This document shows positions 39,392 through 50,722 of a stretch of 60,623 nt of DNA, piece after piece (the stretch's first letter is position 1; the number at the start of each line of letters is the position of its first letter). Source of the stretch: Saccostrea cucullata (lineage: Eukaryota); NCBI RefSeq assembly GCF_032062105.1, contig NW_026921564.1:124001-184623 (forward strand), in the 5' to 3' direction. The notes below the pieces were generated by a model. The model saw nothing but the letters and a program-made list of their open reading frames with translations, did not search any database and had not been told where the DNA came from. The translations under genes were made by a program, and so were the position numbers.

Positions 39392-39982
39392 TTAAAGACC
39401 CAGACGGAACACCATAATATCTCTAATACAAATGACATCTGTTACCTGATCACAGGACGCAGGACAGTTCTAAATCGAAAGTTGACGGAATAAATTTGCC
39501 ATAGGCCCATCTAAAAGCTTTTAGTCAGTAAGTAACAGCCCATGTAATTGTTTCAATTTGATGTGCTCTTCACAAGAACCACTTACAGGTTTATCTTATA
39601 CTGACTGGTATTTTCAAAAATGAGTACCTCAGACACGTTGTACATGTATTTGTATAAGTTGTACAAGGTGCATACTTATCAGTACAGCCACGTAGCATTG
39701 TTTTTGAAAGTGGGGGGGGAGTCAGAGAAATATTTTTTTTCACTTACCTGAAAAAGTTGACAAGCAAAAAAAAAAAAAAAAAAAGGAAAATTACCCAAAG
39801 TCGAAAATGGTAGTGGCCAACTTTTTTTCATTGTCAAGTTCTTTCAGTACCAATTTTTTAGCATTCAACATTACATTTCCCTTAAATATATTTCCTGTAA
39901 TATACAGTGGGGGCCAACCAACCTTTCAGTTAACATTTCCTATGGTAAAAGTAAGGTTGGGAAAAAAAGTGCCCCCCTCCCT

Positions 39983-42720
39983 CACTGTGTAGAAACGGAC
40001 TAGCGCAAAGTGCGTTACCCTAGTCCAAGATGGCGATAGGCACATACGCTTCGATTATTCTGCTCTAAGTTTCAGCGTTATACAGTCTAACATTATAATT
40101 TTTGTTGTTAAAATTGAAATATTTCACACAGAAGAGAACATATTTGCGAAAAGTTGGCATGAAATGAGCTAATTAAAGCCAGATTGCGTGTACAAAATTT
40201 GCGCATGATTAGGGTAAAGTAAATTTTTGACTAGGGTAAACATATTCTGAGCATTTTTGGTGACTAGGGTGAAGTAAGTGTAAAATGTCATTTGCCTTGT
40301 TTCAGGACCTAAAGGGTCCTATTTTGAGGGATGTTTACTCCTTTTTGGCACCTGATCCGACTTCTGGAATTTCATTTTCCAGGGGTTTGTGTTTTATTCC
40401 CTGTCCACAGATTTCTATTGTAATAGTTTGTAGTTTTCAGTGATAGATCATTGTTCGATATCTTCACCTTTTACATTCAGCATGAGACTCGACACACACA
40501 CACACTTAAGGTCGTTTCTTAAATTATTACACATTGACATAACACCATGAAACTAAAAAATTCATTTTGAAATAAAGCGAGTGCAATATGGCGAAGTACT
40601 ACTTTTTGCAGTTAGGTTTTTATAATCCTCAGTTTAACAAACTAAGTAGGAAAAACGGCGCTCTCTTTATTTAGATGCAGCGAAAAAAATCAAACATCTA
40701 CCGATCAATTAAAGTATACAGAAAAGGGGGAGAGAAAGATTTTATTAATTTTCAATTTCTTTATTTTTTGTTTGCACTGACGTGTGCATAATGGCAAGAA
40801 GTGGGGTGTTTGTAGTATTCTTTCACTGGATCTAAGATCGGTAAATGGTGCAAAAATTAACACTGTTGTATCTACTGACGTAACTGGCATTTAGCATTTC
40901 TTCGAAAGAGAAAAATTAATACAGCTCTAAATTCTGGCTTCTGATTCTTAAAATTTCGGTGAGTTTTTTTCTTTAAAGGTGTTTCTTTAACAAGATGAAA
41001 GGCCAACTTTTCCCCAGACCATCTTCTTTCAGTACATGTACCACATTTTTTTTTGTTGCATAAAATACTATGTTATAACTCATATAAATTTACTGTAACA
41101 AAAATAAGGGGGGCAGTATTTCATTGAACATTTTCAATTATAGTAAAAGTTATGTCAGGCCTCCTGTCCGCCCCTGTTGCTACGTGCATTGGGCACGATC
41201 GAACTCTGTTTTGTTAATGTGAAGATTCACCTGGTGTGTTTAACTGCACACATCATTGAGCACAGACTGACAATACTGGTAAGTTGGTTTTGCTTTCTAT
41301 TCTAATTTTTCTGGATTGTAGTTTGATAATTTTATAAATAAACATTTTTTTAAACTTCTCATCAGTGTTAAGAATAAAATTTGACTCAACATGTTAGGAT
41401 GTATGAATGAAACGCGTCCCAAAATTCCTAGTTTCAAAAATTTGCGGATTTATAAAGTAAGTCTTCTTTAATTATATTTCCGTGTGAAATGCTATGGAAA
41501 CATACTCCAAACAGACTCCAAATCTGATGTTGACACCAAAGTCCGATGGTCTGCAGGAAACCTCGATGCATGCATAGCTTGTTGTCGCATATAAGTTATG
41601 TAGTCAACTATATATATAGACAAAATATTAAACCGAGAATTTGAGAAAAGTCTGTGTCCAAGCACCTATGATAAAGTTACAAAAATATAATGTAAATAGA
41701 ACATATAAAATCAGTATTATTATTTTTTTTATTATTTATCATATTCATAAATTAAGTACCATCCGAATAAACAACGCGTTTTTTTTTATTGACTTCTACG
41801 ACTTTATGACATCAAATATAGGCGTCGGAGCCCCCCCCCTTTTTTTTCTGTTGGTCTAGCCCCCCCCCCCCCCCCCCCCGACTTTCAATTAGCCCCCACT
41901 TTCAATTTGCTTCCGACGCCCATGCATAACATTTGTCAAACAATACTAAAAAAGCCCCTCAAAATCATTTTGTTTGTGGATATTGATACATCTATGCCAA
42001 TCATAGTACATCGTCTAAAAATGATTAATTTATATCCATGTACTCAGCAGTTTTATTCAACTTTTTTTTATATCGAGATACATGTACGTGAAACGATTAA
42101 TTTTGCTTTCATTTTTCTATGCAGGGTACCAACGTTGAACTTTAAAAAAGTTTTTGTGTACGCCTAGCTACGCCCTGGAGAATATTGTAATTATATGTTT
42201 GAACACTATGTAATTATGAAATGTTCAGAAAATAATTACACGTATACTATTCAACATTTGAGCAATATCGTGTATGCAAATTGTGTTTTTAAAAAAAAAA
42301 CCAATCGGTATATATATGTTATCTTTGTGAAAGCAGAAGTTTTTTTAATATTTTCCAGAAATTCTTTCTCAACTTTATTAATTGTATATTGCATTTGTTC
42401 TGCGTACCCTTAGTTTGTAGAATAAATAACTTTACCTAGTCTCGAAAAAACTTTACCCTAATCGCAAAAAAACAGTTCATAGACTTTACCCTAATCTACG
42501 ACAAAACTTCGTAACGCGTTTTCTGGTTAATTACGCAGAGTTGAATGTTGTCTCTTTCTGAGCAAGGAAAACTGTTGATGCAAAGCAAAATGGTGCTAAA
42601 CAAAGTAGGGGTTTTCATTAGAATTCACCGATATTTATTCATGAATATTTGAAGCGTATTTGCCTATCGCCATCTTGGACTAGGGTAACGCACTTTACCC
42701 TAGTCCGTTTCTACACAGTG
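39983..42720. mobile_element. Nested non-autonomous element with CACTGTG termini (Transib/Chapaev/CACTA-clade-like)
   Basis: About 58-bp TIR CACTGTGTAGAAACGGACTAG...CCAAGATGGCGATAGGCA and its reverse complement. Flanks TCCCT/CCCCT; subterminal CTAGGGTAA repeats; no transposase ORF. Confidence 0.8.
41817..41924. mobile_element. Small MITE
   Basis: TATAGGCGTCGGA ... TCCGACGCCCATG inverted ends with a C-rich interior. Confidence 0.5.
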
Positions 42721-42949
42721 CCCCTGTTGCTACGTGCCTGCAGTATCTTCTGAAATGATTATGTGAAATGGTTGAATGCCCTTGAACTCCAATGAATTCA
42801 GTATGGATGGCGAAAAGTATAAATTTAGGAATCGCTTTTACCAGATTATAAGGTGTGTAAAGACACACCCACAAATAAGACATCATGTGCTGTTAAAAAT
42901 GAAATACGGGCATAACGAACAAGCTCAAAGTGAAAGTTTATACAATATA

Positions 42950-44302
42950 CAGTTATTTGGCCAGTTCCGAATAAGAAACCGATTCGACGGTGCTACAAAT
43001 ATACTAGGAATTACTTCAAAATCTAAGTGTTATGTCAAGGTAGTTCGATGACTTGTGGAATTAAATATTGTTTCAGAAAAGTTCAGCCTTCCCTCAAAAA
43101 AATTTATTTCGCAAGTTACCATAGGTGTCCATTTTACCAGTTACGAATAAGCCGACGGGTTCCGGATACCCTAGAGATTCTTATTCAATTCAACCCTAAA
43201 TTAAAAAATATACGTCCCAGACGTTATCCATTGGCATGCCTAAGAAAAGTTAAATTAATTCCTTACCAATAAATTATTTGTATTTCCAAAGGTTGAAGAG
43301 AAACTATAGAGGTATACTGTGGGCACTGAGCTCATTTTAATGATACCCCACGCCTCCTTTATGATTATTTAAGACAAAGTCCATGTTTTACTCTGGGAGA
43401 CCCGAAATAAATGTCAGATCAAAAAGTAAAATAATGGGTCACAATGTCACAATGCAATAAAGAATATGTGAAAGTATCATTAAATCATATTCAGTGGTAT
43501 AGGAGGAATTGCGGACAAGAGATGGATATACCTTTCAATATTACAAAGAATGGCAGTATCTATGTTTTTCTCAGGGAGACCAAATTATGTACCAGATCCA
43601 AAAATAAAAAAAAAGTGCACTTTGGCACTGTTAAACAAAGATTCTGTGAAAGACTCATTAAATTCTGTGAAGCCTCATTAAACTTCATTCAGTGGTAGAA
43701 GAGGGGTTGCGGATAAGAAATAGATACCCCAGAGCATATCAGACGGACGGACGTACAGGCGGACGGATGGACAAACATCCCATTACTATATACCGCTTCT
43801 TCCTGTTTTTCAAGCTGAGGTAGAATAAGTCACGTTTACAATGAAGAAAACATCGAAGAGTGAATTTATAATAGTGTTTAAAATGGGTATTCGGAACTGG
43901 TAAAATAAGAGCACAAAAATATTTCGATATCTTCCAGTGTTCTAAATATTTATTTTTGACATGTTTTTAGTATATGTTAGAGTACATATCAAACTTACTT
44001 TTGATACCTAGAACGTTGTTTTATGTGAAAAATTTATGCAGCTACAGAGGTTTTTCTGCAGACTTACGCGTTGCGGTGATTCAGATTTGTTGCATTGTAA
44101 AAAAGTGTCGACTGTTTCAAGTATGATAACGAAACCAAACTGAGGGCAAAAAATCAAAACTTCACATAATTCAAACACTCATGAATAAGCCTTCTTACCA
44201 TAAAAATCAATTTATTTTTACACCGTTGAATTTATGAATTATAAGTCCTTAAATTACTAATTATTCGGAACTAGCCAAAATCCGGAACTGGCCAAACGAC
44301 TG
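42950..44302. mobile_element. TA-target TIR element with nested HINE family 1 copy (~43302-43828)
   Basis: TA|CAGTTATTTGGCCAGTTCCG ... CGGAACTGGCCAAACGACTG|TA. Confidence 0.75.
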
Positions 44303-44383
44303 TATAGAGAAGGCTAAATGGGGCGGGCCTACGGGACTCTGTAGAAAAACATCAGAAGTTGGATCAGGTTCCACGGAGGAGTA

Positions 44384-44598
44384 CTGTATACAAGGAAATT
44401 TCCGCCCCCGTTTTATTCCCCCCCCCCCCCCACTTTCGCCCTCTTCGTGATTGGGCGAATTTAAAACGAGGCGAACTCAAATTACCCAGCATAATTTCTT
44501 AAACAGAACTATGACTGGTCGAATTTAAAACGGGGCTAAATTGTCCACAAGCGCAAAAGGGCGAAAATAACACGGAGCGAAAATAAACCTGTATACAG
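44384..44598. mobile_element. TA-target MITE
   Basis: TA|CTGTATACAAGG ... CCTGTATACAG|TA. Empty site GGAGGAGTATGCATCCCCT at ~53782-53800. Confidence 0.8.
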
Positions 44599-44947
44599 TA
44601 TGCATCCCCTGTTGACTGTAGAGATTTCATTGTGCAAATAATGGCCTAACAATTTCTATGAAAATTGTAAGCAAGTATTTTATCCTATGATAAATTTATG
44701 AACCATAGGACTTCCGAAATGATGACTTCAAACGAAAAGATATCCTTGTTTCATTAACTTGATGGTCACCAGCTTGACTCGTTTTAAAAATTGATCGCAC
44801 AAAGAGCATGTACTTGCTTATTTAATTAATTGGGATACATAAACCCCATATACAGGTGGTAAGGGTATATTGCTACATAAGTAAGGGATGTGACGACAGA
44901 AAAGCCGAAGTCATCACAAAGTTTTGTTGTTATTACGCTACCGTTAA

Positions 44948-47918
44948 CCACCGTATCCAACGGGTAACGCAGGGGAGTCGCTAAAAAGTATGGGGGAGTC
45001 GATTTCAACGTATGGGGGAGTCGATTTTCACCGCTTCGGAGTCAGAAGTGATGTGGGTCACGTCTTTTTTCGGTATATGTAAGATGTATTTACAAAAAAA
45101 ACAACTATCCCACGGAAGGTAGCAATAGTTAAGCTTTCTGTTGGTCATTTGTCCGGCTAGCATATACGTCTAGTTTTCTCAAACACTTCGAAACTATTCG
45201 ACAGATTTCATATTTACGTTGATCGAGTGGTTAAAACATGCATATTTTGCACAATCATCGACTTGTGTATGGATTATAACAGTTAAAACAGCAAAAGCAA
45301 ACGTTAATCTCTCAAATGCAACAATTGAAATTTTGCTAGATTTTATAAAAATTAATAATTTAGACATTTTCTCTTCAGAAAGTAATGGTTACGTAGGGGG
45401 GAGTCGTTTCTGGAAAAACACAACGCAAAGGGGAGTCGCAAAATAAAGTGAAATGCATGACCTAATCTGGTGTTGTTTTTAGTTAGAATATATGTACAAT
45501 TGGATTATATATCTTCGGAGCACATGAGCTTGGGGACAAGACCCTTCCCTAGCTCAGTATGTAATTTTCTTACACATCACAAAAATTCAAAAAGATCACG
45601 AACCCTCACTTTCAGCAATGACAGCCTCTCCATAATAAAAGAACAACCAGATTTATAATATGGAAAAATTCTTCATAATTATATCAACCATTTTTTTTTA
45701 TTAGAAAAGTGGAAATCTCTGGCGCGTCATTCCCACCCCTTGACTTATTTTTTTCTTGGGGGGGGGGGGTTAAACTGGTACATGCTTTCAATTTGGTCGA
45801 CATATAAATGATCTATTTTTATTTTTCATTTATCATATAAACACATCTTCAAGCACAAACGATGTATCTTAAATGAGAATATTTGGGATTATCTGGGGTT
45901 TACACTGTCAGTACTACATGTATAAATTCATAGACAGGGTTCGAGGGCAACATGCGTTTTTTTCGGACCGAAGAACCAAACTGTTTGCCCGAGGTTGTTA
46001 GACCGAACGTTTGTTTGAGGGGTCGTCAAAAAGCATTTTTGTCCGAGAACAATCAATTAATGAATCATTTTATTGTTTATTTTGATATTATCATGATGAA
46101 ATTTTTTCACGCGCTCTGCAGTTTAAACTTGGTCAATTCCGTAAAGTTATGACTTTGACCCCGCCCACACACATGACACTGTGAAGTAAGCGGTGCCATA
46201 GCTCATCGACAGGTCCAACATCTCACTCCACTGTCAAGCAGATTTATTTGACCGCTCAGGAAAACAGTAGAAAGTCTTTACTTTTTTTTTTAGTTATAAA
46301 AGTTTTTCTTACAATAATAATTTTTCATAAGTTTGAAAAAAAAGAATTATAAACAACTTATCTGAAAATTTTTACAAGCAAAAGAAGAAGGTTTGAAGAA
46401 GAATCATGTTGCAACAGAATTTCTCAACCAAATTTTATTAACACATTTGCAAATATAACTATTTTTTAACTATTCTGCACGAAAACGTTGGAAGACCTTT
46501 CAAACGTGCCTGTTTCATGCAATGTATTTCAGAATTATTATTATGGGTAAGGACAGGGTCTGAAGTTCTAATTTTAATAAGAGCTATAAAAATTCACCAA
46601 GAAAACTAGAGGTACTGTGAGCAATGAGCTCACTAAATGATACCCCCCGCCTCCCATGCCATAATGGTCCATGTGTTGCTGTGGCCGGTAAACTCAAAAT
46701 ATGTGTCGGATCAAAAAGTAAAATAGGAGGTCACCAGGGGCGGATACAGGACTTGAAGTTAGGGGGGGGGGGAGCGAATAAAGTAGGCGGGGTGGGGGGG
46801 GGGGGGGCTGGGGACCCAGGGGGCGAAGCCCCGGAAGCTCATGGATTCCAGAGATTTCGTAGGGTAAAAATGAGGTCTACCGAGTAGACAATTTTTACAT
46901 TTTCTAGACTAAACTATGATTAACCCCAACTTTGGCAATTTTAGGAGGCGCACGCCGGGTGCACGCCCCCCTTAAATCCGCCACAGTGCACAATGGCAAT
47001 ATGTAGTAAAGTTTCTGTGAAAGTTTCATTAAATTTCACTCAGTGGTATCAGAGGAGTTGCGGATAAGAGATGGGTAACCCAAAGCGTAACAGACAGACG
47101 GACGGGCGCACAGACATTTTAAAACTGCCTAACGGTTTTTAATTTTAAATGCTGATAATTTTGAAATATGCCACTGCTCATCCGTGCAGAAACCATATCA
47201 AATGACATGTAGTAATGTATATGAAGTATTGGTGTATACTCATGCACTTCACAATAAGAAACGATAAATACATGTTTTTATTTTTACATGTACATATTGC
47301 TTATATTGATCTTTATTCATATTGCATTTTACTAAAATTATAAAGTTATCAAAATAGTTATGTATGGAAGCATTTATATATAATTAGCAAAAGAAAAGAA
47401 ATTTAAAATAAAAGTACAATTTATTTTTGCGACTCCCCTATGCGTTGTGTTTTTCCAGAAACGACTCCCCCCTACGTAACCATTACGATCTGAAGAGAAA
47501 ATGTCTTAATTATTAATTTTCATCAAGTCTAGCCAAGTCTGAATACTTGCATTTGAGAGATTAACGTTTGCTTTTGTTGTTTTAACTGTAAAAATCCCTA
47601 CACAAGTCGTAGATTATGCAAACTATGCATTTTTTAACCATTCGATCAACATAAATATGAAATCTGTCGAATAGTTTCGAAGTGTTTGAGAAAACTAGAC
47701 GTATCTGCTAGCCGAACAAATGACCAACAGAAAGCTTAACTATTGCTACCTTCCGTGGGATAGTTGTTTTTTGTAAATAAATCTTACATATACCGAAAAA
47801 AGACGTGACCCACATCACTTCTGACTCCGAAGCGGTGAAAATCGACTCCCCCATACGTTGAAAACGACCCCCCCATACTTTTTAGCGACTCCCCCGCGTT
47901 ACCCGTTGGATACGGTGG
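44948..47918. mobile_element. Foldback-like element with ~500-bp TIRs and TTAA target (piggyBac-type ends)
   Basis: TTAA|CCACCGTATCCAACGGGTAACGC ... GCGTTACCCGTTGGATACGGTGG|TTAA. Arms are ~44948-45450 and ~47415-47918. The interior holds a HINE (~46604-47116) that itself carries a CAGGGGCGGAT MITE (46735-46986). Confidence 0.85.
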
Positions 47919-48802
47919 TTAACGCCTTTTTCTAGCTAGATAAACAGGTCGAGACCACTACCTTATTTGGAAGGCAATTTTCAACACGTGACTATATCTT
48001 CGTCACACCCGTTCGCCAATCAAGTGAATGAGTCACAAAGCATGACACTCTACTACGTGTTTACGATTCAATGGCGACACGTGGTTTTCGTCGGTTTCTG
48101 CATAATATTCACTTCGTCACAGGAAAACCCGTAGATCTTTTTTATCACTTTTTTAAGTCAGAAATTGAAAGATTACATTCCATGCTCACATGTAATATTG
48201 GAGTTGTTTTAAATGATTAATAGTTGCTTCGAAAGTTCGAATAATGTGCAAACGCTTTGACGTTTGCATGTACATTAAAAACTTTTTGATAATATTTAGG
48301 GGTAAATAATAATAGCACACCTTGTACTGCTGTCTAAAACTATGTACTTTATCGACACGATAGCACCTACATGTACGTCTCTTTGAACAATGGTTTTATC
48401 CGATGTATTAATATAAGTTGATATTAGACTTCATAAAGCAAATTTTGTAAATGTGAGCATAGAAATGAAAGATTATATATCATTTTAAATATTTCTTTCA
48501 TAAATCTCAAAAAAGAATTGAAAATAAATTTCCAAGGGACAATTCAAGTTGACCTTTATTTTCAACACAGCTGAGTACTTGTAGGAGCCCACAATGCATT
48601 GCGACTCATTCATCAGTGGGCAAAGTAAACAAATAGCTAATTTACATGCAAATTTATGCTGACGTCGGAAAATCTAGTGGTCTCGACCTGATAAATGTAT
48701 TACTAGTACTTTTATGCTTTTATATGTTAAACTCTTTAAAGAGGGAACGTATGTATACCATCTATTTTATATTTTCCCTGTGTAAAAATGAAAGACAAAG
48801 AA

Positions 48803-48804
<2 letters not shown>

Positions 48805-48865
<61 letters not shown>

Positions 48866-48876
48866 CTGTCGTTGTC

Positions 48877-48924
<48 letters not shown>

Positions 48925-48969
48925 AAGAACCACTGGGCCAATATATATCAACCAAACTTGCTAAAAAGT

Positions 48970-49013
<44 letters not shown>

Positions 49014-49768
49014 TGCCCTTTTCCAAGGGGAGATAATTATGAATTAGAGAAAAATTAATGGCGTTTTTAAAAAATCTTCTCAAGAACCACTGTGCCAGGA
49101 AAGATAAAACTCATGTGGAATCATCCTCAGGTAGTGTAGATTCGAGTTTGTTCAAATCATGACCCCCGGGAGTAAAGGGGGGGGGGCAAAATGGCTGATC
49201 AAATTTTTACATAGGAATATATAGGAAAAATCTTTAAAAATCTTCTCAAGAACCACTTGGCCAGGAAAGATGAAACTCATGTGGAATCATCCTCAGGTAG
49301 TGTAGATTTAAGTTTGTTCAAATCATGACCCCCGGGGGTAGGGTGGGGCCAAAATGGCCGATCAAATTTTTACATAGGAGTATATAGGAAAAGTCTTCTT
49401 CTCAAGAACCATTGAGACAGGAAAGATGAAACTCATGTGGAATCATCCTCAGGTAGTTTAGATTCAAGTTTGTTCAAATCATGACCCCCGGGGGTAGGTT
49501 GGGGCCAAATGGCCGATAAAAGTTTTACATAGGAATATATGGGGAAACCTTTTAAAATCTTCTTTTCAAGTACTTCAAAGCCATGCTTAGTGATATTTAT
49601 AGGGAATCATCCTCAGGTAGTGTAGATTCTAGTTTGTTCAAATCATGACCCACTGGGGGGTTAAAATTCAAGCCCCCCCCCCCTCAGTAAACTTTCAGTT
49701 CTGATCTGATATGTGCTTTTTCCTAGATAATTGCTCAGGTGAGCGATGTGGCCCCTGGGCATTTTGTT
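48805..49768 (+). mobile_element. Non-autonomous Helentron carrying ~166-bp Cg170-like satellite monomers
   Basis: 5' TTAGCTCACCTGAGCCGAAGGCTCAAGTGAGCT, GTC microsatellite, about five monomers (TCTTCTCAAGAACCAC...GTTTGTTCAAATCATGACCCC), 3' CAGGTGAGCGATGTGGCCCCTGGGC. Inserted in a T-run; empty site at ~32855-32870. Confidence 0.85.
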
Positions 49769-49934
49769 CACGGTAAAGGTGAAGTGTGATAACAAAATAA
49801 CAAATAATTCCCCTAACTACATGCTGATATTTAAAACAATAGGAGTACTTTTTTATCTCTTGTTTCTCTCTCTACCTCTATGCAATTTAAAGTAATACAT
49901 AAAAATTCATATCTTATTTTGCTGTTTTCCTCAC

Positions 49935-50433
49935 AAAGGGTCAACATTCTTGACCTTGACCTTGTAGATTTCTGTACTTGTGAAAAAACTTTAACCTTGG
50001 CCATAACTTTTGAACGGTAAGGGATTGGGCTTCCATACTTCAAATATATAATTCTTGCGTAAAGACCCTTTATTGGATACCAAGAACGTTGACCCTTTGA
50101 CCTTGACCTTTGAGTTTGACCTTGGAGCTTTGCCTACTTTTAAAAAAAATTAACCTTGGTCATAACGTAAGAACGGTTAGGGCTAGGGCTTCCATACTCA
50201 ACATAAGTATTCTATGTGGCAAGACCTTTTATTGGATACCAATTACCTTGACCTTGGAGATTTTTGTACTTATTGAAAAAACTTGAGCATTGGCCTACTT
50301 TCAAATTTCAAAATTGTTTCCAGTGAGAATACCCTACTTTTGGTATCAATGAATTAAATTTGCAATTAAGAAAAGTTTAATCTTAGCTATGTTGCCACAC
50401 GGGGACATAAGTGTTTCACAAACACATCTTGTT
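49935..50433 (+). mobile_element. 5'-truncated HINE with GACCTTGACC repeats
   Basis: Repeated TTGACCTTGACCTT units and 3' GGGGACAT plus GTGTTTCACAAACAC stem-loop ending CTTGTT. Confidence 0.65.
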
Positions 50434-50722
50434 TCCATCCTTGAAATTATTTTGTGAAACCTAAGTTTCTAAGCAATAAATTTTTTTAATTATTCTTACA
50501 CAAAGCTTAAGTTTCTGAAAAAAATTTCGCTTTGCACAGCAGCTTTTTTTTCGAATAAATATTAATACATGTTCATTAGCTTCATTCACAAAAAATGTAA
50601 AGGTCATTTGTCTTGTCATATCCGTACAGCTATTTTAGACCGAAGTAAAGAATCTGAAAAAATAATTTTCTTTCCTTATCTTTAGATGCGAGTAAAATTT
50701 TAAAGCAGAAGACCTGGTAATC

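Larger units (their letters stand above)
39685..42740. mobile_element. Composite TIR element with 5-bp TSD CAGTA
   Basis: CAGTA|CAGCCACGTAGCA ... TGCTACGTGCCTG|CAGTA. Paralogous empty site CTTATCAGTATCTTCTG at 53501-53517. Confidence 0.8.

Noticed and set aside
39983-47918. Autonomous transposase genes inside the large TIR elements
   Set aside because: No long ORFs or recognisable DDE motifs; all appear non-autonomous.
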